Positions 39,001 through 51,000 of a stretch of 64,000 nt of DNA are shown in pieces. The notes under the pieces are model-generated. The model searched no databases and was not told the origin of the DNA. It saw only the letters and a program-made list of their open reading frames with translations. The stretch comes from Phoronis australis (lineage: Eukaryota > Animalia > Phoronida): assembly GCA_002633005.1 (NCBI GenBank), contig NMRA01000180.1:148969-212968 (forward strand), read 5' to 3'. The position numbers and the translations under genes were made by a program. Each line of letters starts with the position of its first letter. Position 1 is the first letter of the stretch.

Positions 39001-42000
39001 CCGAATATAATCCCTACATCTGTCGTCAACCGATTTTTTCCGTTTTTCGTTCATTTAGGCCTTGCAACTAAGATTTTGAATAACAAAATATAGGCAAACT
39101 TGTGTTTAAAGCGGTAATTGACTTATTACACACAGGATAGTGTTTAATGGTAGTCATGTGGTTGGAGAATATTTCCATAGGCGCACCTAGGGGGCTCGGG
39201 GGGATCGAACGAACCCCCCAATTTGACGAATTGNTACATGCATGCCTCATTCCCCAGGACTGCCGTGGGCAATAACACTAACACTTTAAACTCAAGGTAG
39301 CACATCGTAACAAACTGTATACAACAACGACTATATGTGGTGATCACCCTGTGCCACTATTGTTGTCCATGGTAACCCAGTCAGAAAGTAGTGCTACTCA
39401 CGTGTTTTGACTCTCCTTCTGTTTTTGCAACGATGGTTTTCAACGAAATTTGGAATGCACTTCTTCACATTTTTTTCAAACTGCATGTATACCTGGATTA
39501 TAACATAGTTATTTTTTTTCCTTTTTATGATTCCTTCACAAGAATTCGCAATTCTAAATTAAATAAGGCTATCGTTAAAAAAGTCAGTTCCAAAAACGCG
39601 ACTTCTTCGTATGTTTCCGCCAAATGAAAACCTCGAATAATTTGATATTCAAATGGCATACAAGTAAAAAGTAGGTCGGTGGATTAACTTTTGACGTATT
39701 TTTTAAATCACGACATTAACTTTATAACAATGATACCATTAATAAATGGCGTAGGGAATACCTACTGGAACGTGTTGATATTTCCGAATATAATCCCTAC
39801 ATCTGTCGTCAACCGATTTTTTCCGTTTTTCGTTCATTTAGGCCTTGCAACTAAGATTTTGAATAACAAAATATAGGCAAACTTGTGTTTAAAGCGGTAA
39901 TTGACTTATTACACACAGGATAGTGTTTAATGGTAGTCATGTGGTTGGAGAATATTTCCATAGGCGCACCTAGGGGGCTCGGGGGGATCGAACGAACCCC
40001 CCAATTTGACGAATTGACAAAAAGGTCCGCCTCAATGAAACAAAAAGTCCGAGCAAACGAGGCAAAAGTCCACAAAGTCCAAAGGAATTCGGCGCGGACG
40101 CACAATACATAGGCCTGAACCTAGTAGCCCGTTTTTTAGTCCTCGTTGAATTTCTTCAGTAAAAGATCCGCATACCAAAAATTCGAGCGCCCCTATTTCG
40201 TAATGTTATTTTCCTGAAGATCATGCACAACGATGTGATATTACGTAAGTGAAAGGCGACTGTTTTGCGAGTGGCACAGAGGAACACAACGGCTTCTACT
40301 GAAGTATTTGGTCGGCGAGGGTGTAGTGATCGATTATGGGTGAATGTGTACGGCTTCCCTTCCATAAGTTAATATTTTTCACCGCAATAATCTGACGAGT
40401 GTCTCGCGTTTACAGAATATGTTCAACGTCATAGCACAATCAACTTTACACAGTCGATTCCATTCCCAGTAAAGTTGTTTCCGACAGGAAAACGTTCTAA
40501 CGCCCATTGAGTGAATGTTGACTTAAGACCCACAGTTCGACTAATAAAGCAAAAGGCCTGTAGCAAAGGAAAATCACAGAATGTTTCCTGAGGAGTTTAT
40601 TTCTCTTTCCGACCTTTTTCAGATGGTGCGAACCCTGTTGATTGTTCCAATCATTTGAAATGCACTCTTCCACACCTACAAGCTAGCCCGACGAGCCATC
40701 CAGACCCCAACGTGTGTTTTCTGGACACACAAAGTGTGAATACGTGAGTTCATAGTACATGTACATGTATATACACTGTATGAAAATACTAACAGTATGA
40801 AACATAGTCGGTGCTACAGAGACCACTGTGTTCCCCTTAATATCTGAAGTACTAAGCTCATTTGTTATCCACAGACCTCTCGTTATGATCAGAGGAAATA
40901 CACTGCAGAACATAAGCAATATGAATCCATACAAATAGCAGGCAATCGTTATCAACTCATCCCATGCTGGATATCGTAGGTCTAAAGAAGGAAAATCGAT
41001 CTTGTACAAGGTACGTGCTGTTCAGGTTCCGCTAGCGGAATTAGAGGCCAAAGACAACAACCTCACAAGTTTTTGTTCGTGTACGGAGGACTACGTGATA
41101 GAAGCGAACTACACAACGGAAGTTTTTAGCACCTCTTGCCTGTTCTATGATGAAGAGCAAAGCGAATGGAATGACGGTGGCTGCAGGGTAAGTAGGACAT
41201 GGTCCACAATACTTTCAGGTAGTAAACTTTGACCACTGATTCCAATCCGCATTCATCTCTTGGCACCAATGGGTATTTTAAGACAGAAATGGATACCTAC
41301 TACATTTATTGCTTTGCACTGTCCATGCTCGCACCCAGCATGGACCTTTTACTAAAAAACAAAATCGCGGACTCAAAAAACGGGGACTTCAAAATAAATA
41401 AGGGGCGCTATGTTCAGAGCTAAGAATTGTACATTCGCGCCGATTTCCTGCGTTCTTAGTGGGCTTTTTTCTCGTTTTCTCGGATTTTCTGTTTCTCTGA
41501 GGCGCGCCTTTTATCCCACTTCGCCAAACGAGGGGGGGCTCGAACGAGCCCCCCTGGGTGGGCGCATGCTGTCTGATCTCTGATTTAAATTGTCTATTTC
41601 GTATCCGAATTTTCTCAAGCAGAAACGCGCAGCCTGAAACCAGGTGTCGTTTGTTTACATCGAATTAGTAATGGTCTCTATTTTGTTACATGATCGGTCA
41701 TCCACGAGTATAGCCTTCATTCTTTCTTTCAAGGTTGGACGAAACACTACCTACAGCAGCACACAATGTTTCTGTTCACACTTGACGTCTTTCGCCAGCA
41801 CGTTCTATGTGCCTATGAACAGGATAGTTCCTCCACACGAAGCGTTCTCCCAACTTGACGAAAACCCTGTCTGTTTCGTGTTCTCGATATGCATCATGGC
41901 TCTCTATCTTGTTATTATTGTGTGGGCCAGAAAGGCAGACTTGTCCGACATGAAAAAGGTAATAATTTAAAACGAACAATGTGAATGTGTTTGGACATGT

Positions 42001-45000
42001 GGCACACGAACAAGCGCCTAAAGGAAAAGAAAGTTTTAGATTCGACGTTCTCTACTTCATTAAGACACAGAAACGACACCTAGAATTTAACTGCCATGCA
42101 ATTGTCTTTGAGTTGTTCGTCTTTAATTGTTTAAATTCTTTTAAGAAGTTGAAACAACACATTTTAAGTGTTATTAGATAACATTGCTTAGCATACGAAT
42201 TTAACACCTCTTTGACCAATGCCTGTTGCAAGAACGTTCTTCATTTTAGTTGTATTTAGTATTTTGTGACGACATATTATAGATAGTTCGAACTCTCTTC
42301 AAATGGCAGTGATTCAAGTAATGATAATCAAATAGTTATAGTGATCGGAAATATCGAGGTACATTCCCATGCCATTACAAGTATTGCAGTTCATTTTACC
42401 CTTGACAAATGTGAGCTATTCAGTGTGATTCGGTGAAGCTCATATAACCACGTGTGCGATCCCAAAAAATAGTGTTTCTTACAGGTGGGAGTTACACCAC
42501 TGGAGGACAACCGACCGGAAGACAAGTACGGATATGAAATCACAGTATGGACAGGCTTCCGTGCAGGTGCCGGCACTACAGCGCACGTTTCCATCATCTT
42601 GACAGGGGACGTTGATGAAGACAGGCCACGCCTTTTGCAAGACACAAAGAGGTCTATTCTCCAAAAGGGTTCCATAGATACGTTTTATATGACTACGCCT
42701 TACAGGCTCGGCAAAATGTCACACCTCAGGTATGTGTCTTGTTTGGGTTAGCTCTTTCTTATCTTCTTCCGATCAGCACTTCGTTGGCAAAATATAACAC
42801 TAATGCTGCGTAAGTTCAACAATCACTCGTGTATAGTCATGACTGTAGATTTATCCCGTACGCGTGGAATCTGTTGTGAGAAATACGGCCACGTATTAAA
42901 GCTTTCCGAATTCACCTCCCGCACTACTTCAACAGTGACCTCTGACATGGACTGTTCAAAAGGTAGGTCAATGTCGACTCGACGTCTCCAACCGCATCGA
43001 TCATCAAACTTTCCGAATATAGTTTAAAGTAATACAGTTGCAGCAGTGTAACTAACACTCGACATGCAACCAGGCCGATTCCTAGGACATTACAATATCA
43101 AATATTGATGTTATTTAACTATTTCCAGGAGATGTTACAAGTTCACTGCACAGTTGCCGTTGTTTTCATCTTTGTTACTTCTTATCAAGAAATAAATCGT
43201 TACTTTTAAAACTGTTTCTTTTACAAGAGAAAACTTGCAACCTAACGCGTAGGTACATATATATAGGATATGATCCACCATGTGAACAGTCTGGGTGAAA
43301 TATTTAAAAATCTGCCGAAAAAATGAAAGAAACTTAGGAATTCGAAGCGCCAGTCGAGGTCGATACGCGAAATAAGATCGAGTGGGATATTATTTCATGT
43401 ACGCCAATCGAGGTGCGTTTTGTGTATGTATTGATAAAACAATAATTTCGCGGTGGCAGGGAGCCCATGAAATCACTCTATACACATTAAACATGCGATC
43501 GATTTCGTGCCTGTGTTTCAGAGTGTGGCATGACAATCACGGAAGCAGCCCTTCGTGGTTCTTCAGTCGCATGTTGGTCGAGGATGTTCAAACGGGAGAA
43601 AAATTCTACTTTATATGTGACCGTTACTTGGCAGTCGAAGAGGATGATGGAGCGGTGAGAACGCTAAACGATGTACTTGAGTTTTAAATGGAAAGAACTG
43701 TTTGCCTTAAACATGCGTTTTTCTTTCGCTTTCGGCCGAAACCACAGAATGAATGCCATTTATTAAAACAAACCACGAAATCAGTAGCATTTAATACAAT
43801 ACAGCCTTACTTTCGAGTGCGTTTTAGTGTCAGTGTTTCTGACTTGATGAAAAAGAAGTTTATTGTCATTCAACTTCGGAGGCCATTGTGTTTATGGCAT
43901 CTTTAGAAATTTTGATTTCAAACTTTTTAAGAAATTATTTTCACCTAAAAAGCTTGTCCGAAGAACAGTTGTTAGGAAAGAGTTTTGATCACAGAAGTGA
44001 AAAGGAAAGAGTTTCCTAAAGTAGGCCAATGCTTTTCGCAATACTCGAAAAAAATTATTAGACTAAGTAGTCCTCTCAAATGTGCCTTTGTTGCGAGATT
44101 CATGCCATACGTAAAAATGGCAACTTTCATAAATATGGTGGTCATGTGATTACAAACGTGTATGTGTCCTTTTAAGGTATGAATTGGGATTCACCAGTCA
44201 TCGAGGACTCCAAAAACATATACTTTTATTGGTTGAAATTCTACAGTTGAAACTTTATTCGATAAAATTTGTAAATTCTTTTAAGAAGCGCATTTGACAG
44301 ATAAAGCAAATTTTTGCACTAAGTTCTACATATACAATGGGCATGATGACTTTGGGTTATTCCGGTTTCAGATCGATCGTGTTGTCCCCATAGCAGGACG
44401 GGAGGAGCTGACAAGTTTTAACCATCTGTTCTGGTCGAAAACTCGTCGTAATTTGTCAGATGGTCATATCTGGTTTTCCGTATTTGCTCGCCCGACCCGT
44501 AGTAAATTTACGCGCGTGCAGCGAATCACCTGTTGTCTCGCATTGGTGTTTGGTATGATGACGGCCAACATAATGTTTTACGATACCGGTGATAAAGTTG
44601 AGAGTCCGCAATCGATATCCCTTGGACCAATGTCGTTTAGTTTCCACAGTCTTTACGTCGGCGTCATAAGTAGTTTAATCACTCTACCGCCATCTTTGAT
44701 TATCATAACAATATTCCGCATGTCAAAGCATCCTCCAGACTTCAAAAAGTCAAAGAAATCGGCAAACAGCTCACCAGACGACAAGAAACAAAACTTATCG
44801 GAAATTAAAGTTACGACTCTGAGCCAAACATGGGAGAATCAAAAGTTCTCTTTAAATCAAGAGGTAACCACTGGAGAAACTCAGATGAAGTACACGCAGA
44901 CTCTCGCAAATGAAGAATATGGTCAAAAATCAATTATAACGGCTGGTCTAAGTCCCGGATATTCCACTCAAGAGCAAATGAAAACTCCAAAAAAGAAGAG

Positions 45001-48000
45001 AAAATGGCAGCTTCCTTGGTGGTTTATCATTTTTGGCTACATTCTGAGCTACGGCACCGTTGCCGGGGCATTTATAATCATTGTGGGCGTGGGTGCGGGA
45101 TTTGGACCCAAAAAATCTGAAGAGTGGTTAGCGTCGATGGTGGTGAGCTTGGTGGAAACCATCTTCTTCACTCAGCCGTTAAAGGTAAGTATTCCTTTAC
45201 CACTGTGCGTTCAAGTTAATAATGGGAAGAAGTGACGAAATGTAGTGAGTAGTCCTTTTGCGTGTTGATAATAATAACGCGAGATTATGCGAGACTTAAA
45301 TGTGACGTCACCGGAAGTGGGGCAAAAACTTGTCGTTTGGCCATTTACCCGATTCAAAAGCAGAGTGTATTCTGTTGTTTACTTCGAGTTTTTAATCTTT
45401 TATTGTGAAAAATGCCAATCAAGCATTGCTGTTATGGCAAATAAAATTCATATTCGCACTACAATACGTTCCATGGCGTTCTGTACTAATTTCGTATTTT
45501 AAACGGGCGGTAGGCGAAATCCGCTCGCTGATTAAGTTTTCACCTCGTCAAAAATACAATCATTCTACACCTAAAATTATCACTTAAAAAGGCGCTTGCT
45601 TTCTTCAGTGATCCTTTCTACTTCTAAACATATCTTCGATGAAGCATAGGTATTGGAATTCAGATGACTTTGGCGAAGAATTCCGACTCCACTTTTTGGT
45701 TACTGTTAACTTTGACCGCGCGCGCGATAACCACAAAGTATTTCAACCATAGGCATGTCTATGGTTTCAACTGAGTCAGGTGAGTATGAGACAAAGGCTA
45801 GCGCGAGAATGAGCGAAGCGCGTGACCTTGCATAATAGCATGGGAAATATCAAGTGAAATTTGTAAGATTTGTGTCCCTTGTAGTTTTTGCTCGTCAACA
45901 GGCGTGATTTCATGTAACTTCCTCAAAGTGGCGCCCGATGAGAAAAACTCGAGCGAACCGCGAGGTTTTCATTGATGTTGTCAAGTTATTTGCAGAATAA
46001 ATTGTATCCAGAGTCAGGATATGTGGTAATTATAACTCCATGTGCACATATGCATGTTTCAATTGATTTTATTTGCTGTATTTTGAAATGAGTAACTTTT
46101 TATGGGGATATGCTATCGCGCCTGTATGCCTGCGGCATTCAGGCCTAGACCGGGTCGAGTTCCAATTTCAGTCCGTTCACAGCTTCGCACAACATAACAA
46201 GTTCACATTCTCTTCGTCCTTTCACAGTTATTCCACGATCCATCGACCATCCCTTAAATCGTATTAACGTTTTAAGCGTAAAATTCACCATAAGAACTCC
46301 AGTAAGATTTCGCGTGTATAGCAAAGACTCGGGGCAAAACAAGAACAATATGGCGGGTTTTGCTCTTCTTCCGGTGACGTCACATTGACTAACTGGAAAC
46401 TCGCAAGTGAGCTATTGAAGACTTGGGCGAAACAAATTGTTTTACTGAGGTTTTGGTCGAACGTAATGTTCCCAACACTTTGTGGGTCTGTCCTCATAGC
46501 TCTTTGACGAGAGAAGGGAAACAAACGAGTTTGAATTTGAAGACAATTTTGCTGGTAACTCTCACCACACCTATACCCTCAAAATAAAAAAAATTTCATG
46601 GAAACAAATTTGTTTTTCAACTGCAATTGTTTACGCAAGTCATTGAATGGTTTAAAAGCATTTTCGAAATAAAATCCCGTATTGTAGTTCCGGGTGCAGC
46701 CAAACAGTCATATTGAAAGGTCGCTGCTTTTTTGCTGCAAAACGACCACCAAGCTACAATGTGCATCTTATTAAGGTTGTAATTTTGGAACATTGCAAAC
46801 GCGTGAACTGCTGAAGTCATTGCAGCATTGGTGTATCGACCTATTTTGACTTTGTTTTTCTTTTTGGCATAAAAGCCTCGGCTATAGTTGCAGAACGTAC
46901 GTCACAGTTTTTGTCAACTTTCTTAACTGTACAAGTAGAATAAAGCCATTAAGTATTCCTTTGCTCGTACCTTAGATAAGACCTAAGATTTAATTGCGTT
47001 CTTAGGTTCTTATCCTGGGCCTGTTCTACGCCCTTGTGATAAAAAAACCAGATCAAGACGAAGACGAGGACAACGACCAGGTAACAGACTCCAGCACAGA
47101 CCTCTTACATCCTCAGGCAGTGTCCTTCTCTTCCAAAAATCTTCGCGAAGCAAAGAGACCACCTGTTTACATGCCTCCCGATGAACATGCTTTACAGGAA
47201 GCCAGGAAACTACGGTACGTCAAAACACAAACTATCTTTCCAAGTTTTCCGTGTTCTTTTGATTTACAATCTGGCAGTAAGCCACTGACTAATTCAATCA
47301 CATAAAGGCTCTTTATTGGTTTCCAGATTTAAAGAGATGGAGATGTATACGATCATAAAGGAAATTGCGTTCTATATGTTCTTTCTCTACCTACTTCTCA
47401 TGTGTGCGTATGGCAACCAAGATCCGTGGTCATATACACTCAAGGAGAAAGTGACGCAAGAGTTTCTAGGCGGCGTCTATTCCAACCACAGTCGCTACGG
47501 CGGACCAATGGAAATCAGCAAGGTATTACTAGAAAAAAATCACCTAAATGGGGAGATATTTCGACTGTTTAGCGGTATATTTTTGCCACGTTTACATGGT
47601 ATATGTAGTTCTAGTTGGTGCGTTTATGGATAACCTAGAGGTCCACACCAGGAGATTTGCAAGCGTTTTGCGTTTGAAACACCAATGTTCCTGTGTGTTA
47701 CGACAACTAGAGTCCCCAAGAAGATGTTCGACAACATCTGACTCGTATAGTCATAGTAACAACTAGCTCAAGAGCAAAATAGATTCTTAGTTGCTCGCTC
47801 TTTTCAGTCCAGATAATTAAGGTGGTTGGACGGTGTTTGTGTGAATTACATTTAGGAGAAGCAGAACTCTTGACCCCTCTCTGTGTTTGCTGTGTGGGTT
47901 AGTCTTAATTTTTTATGTGACGTCAATTACCCAAAAGAGATCCTTGTGTCATGTTTACGGAATGGGAAACAGCTAATGGTCAAAGCAGTTATATATGTCT

Positions 48001-51000
48001 ATCCTAATTGAACATGAGCGCGCTTTTTAGTGTATTCGTAGTTAAGGGCCAGAGTATCCATTTGCAGTTCGTAGTTAAGGGCCAAAGTATNCAAGCCATT
48101 TCACCATGTATTTAAAGGGCTCGCGAAATCGAGGCTGTTAATCTATCACCACTAGTACATGCACGCCCTCTAGTTATTGTAGACTTTCCGAATAGCCCCA
48201 TTGAAAATGAGCGCGCTTTTTAGTGTATTCGTAGTTAAGGGCCAGAGTATCCATTTGCATTTCGTAGTTAAGGGCCAAAGTATCCATCTGCAGTTCTAGT
48301 AATACTTTATCTAATGTTAAAGTGGATTATGCACACAATTTTAAGGTAAAGACCAGAATAACATTCTGGAACTGGGTTCAAGGAACTCTAATTCAGTCGC
48401 TGTACACGGACAAGTATTATAACGGCGCAAAAGTTCAAGGCGGACGTTTCACCGCGGACCACAACATGTTCTTGATGGGAGTGGCGCGATTGCGCCAACT
48501 GCGTGTCCGTCCAGGTTTGTCAGTTGAAAACGATATCTTTCAATGAAAATTTTGAATATCACGTTTGATTCATACAGCTTTGTCATCAGATTTGTCCAGG
48601 CAGATTTCATTCTGTTTTGCAAGGATTTCTGTTGCACGTTTAACACAAAAATAAACTTTCTGTAACGAATTTACCTGTGTATCCGTCTGAGCTAGACTGC
48701 GTAAACTTATATGATGGAAGATGGATTTTTGTTGGGGGACCACAGAAATATCAAAAGAAAACCAACAACGTAAACATTGTCCTGCAATCTACCTAACATA
48801 TGTCGGTGAACACATAATTTTTCAGTGACACAAGACTGCATGGTCTGCTTCCCCGTTTTCTTTCCAGGAAGCACGGCGGCCGAGCATGCGCGTTACTCGA
48901 AAATGCGTGCTCTATGGGTCAATGGCGGCGGAAACAAGTTGTTTCCGAGCATACTTATCTGAGAATTGGCGCCTGCTACGAGAATGTTCCATGGTTTCAA
49001 ATATATTCTTTAAGAATGGGAAGTGTGACGCGTGATAGTGTGACGTCATTGATACTATCCAGCGTACCTGGATATGAAGTCTAATAAGTGTTTGTATTTC
49101 TCATCGGGATTTGGAGATATAATATCATGGCGTTTTTGGAACGGCACGATTATTAAAAGACAGCGTTGCAATTTCTGCCGAATACTTGTACAGAACCTAA
49201 TGCGTTTTCGTGTTTTGCTAATGATTTTGCTATTTTTGCTTGCTTTAGCCTCGTGTAAGGTGCCAAAACCAATAAATGCGTATATCTCATCATGTCGACA
49301 AGGATACAATATTATAGGGGAGGACGATGGATCATACCTGAGCGGTTGGACCCCAAGTAACACTTCTGGTGAGACTTCGTTGCTTGCTTATTACCTTGCA
49401 CTGTAGTTTACATCCCACCAGTCATACTATCACTTCACAGAGATTGTTTTCTACGTGTAAAAATACGAACAAATTCCAGATTCCATACTTTTCGATATAC
49501 ATTACAACATCATCGTTTCATAATGACACAGTCGACTAGATAGTTCCATACAAATCACATGTACACGGCTGCAACATGAGGTCGCCAAACGTGATAACGA
49601 CCGTCAACTTGGTAAAGTGTCTTTTTCTCTTTTAAAATGGTAGTAAACCCTGATTTTGACCATCAATTTAAACATTTGAAACGAAACAATGTTGTGTAGA
49701 CAATCGCGATTTCTTAAAATTTTGATGCAAGTTTCACAACTCCTTATGAAAAATAGCTATTTCATGACAAATTGAGTCATCTCTTCACGTGACCATGCTT
49801 TCCTTATTCCCAGGAAATACAAATTACCTAATAGCAGATGACGAAAGAAATTTTGGGTAAAATCTCCAAAATTGAGTCTGGATTAAGCAACATGTGTCAT
49901 TGCTGGTTGTGATGAGACATGGATACAGATGATATGGACTTATTTCTTCTTGGAGAAATATTTAACACCTTTTCTCTAATAATTATTCTCATTTCAGTCA
50001 GAATTAAGTTTGCAATAATGGTTTCTTTAAGCTGACCATTTTGTTTATTTACAAAGATCCTCAAAGCGACCCAGAAGTTGGTTGGAACTTCACCGGTGCC
50101 ATCGATTTAGAAGGATATCCTTACAATGCTGATTTGGCTATTTACGGAGGCGGTGGTTTTGTGGCTGAGCTGGGTAGGAGCAAAGCTGAAGCTGAGGCGG
50201 TTGTGAATGCTTTGATACAGAATAACTGGCTCGACCTCCATACCAGGGCTGTGTTTGTAGAGTTTGTGCTCTACAATCCTAGTCTCAACCTGTACGCTAT
50301 ATCAACGATCGTGATAGAATTTTTTGAAGGCGGAGGTAAGAAGTGAAATAAATAATCGTTTCAGATTAAACAAGTTGTACACTGAAAACCGTTTTATACT
50401 GAAATTGACATTACTTCTATCAGTGTCAAACACTTCTCACAGTCACCCTTTTGCCAATGAATCATTTTGTCTTCTTTTGGGGAACTCGTCATTTCCTAAG
50501 GTTTTCATTTTATGACACTCCACACCCAACTGCTTTCAGCTCCATGAAGACGAGACATGGCAGATGATACAATGGCTGGTCGTTCGGTAAAGCCGCTCGC
50601 TTTTATTTCCAGGTGCCCTTCCGTTTCCACGTTTTCACATTATGCGACTAGACAGATACGTTGGGTCGTTCATGTTTGTGATTTTAGCTGTCGAAATCAT
50701 CACCGGGTTGACCATCCTGTTTTTCATGGTGAAGGAATTCAGAAGCGTCCACAAATTGAAGAAAGCTTACTTCAAGGTTCGTATCTTATCCATCCGTCAG
50801 CGCCAGCGTCTCATTACTAATTATGCCCCATTGCTCCGGTACATCAGCTTTTGAGCAATAGGTTAGGGGGATTTTGGAGCAAATGTTCTGTGTACAACAC
50901 TGTCAAAGGTGTTGCTCTCTCTTGTGGGGGGGCATTCATCAAGCTTGGCTGACACAAGTTCTAGAAAAACCATTTGTCCAAGCTTACAACCGTAGTTATA

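Noticed and set aside
48035-48295. CRISPR-like ~32-bp repeats
   Set aside because: Units are adjacent with no regular unique spacers, the context is a eukaryotic intron, and there are no cas genes.
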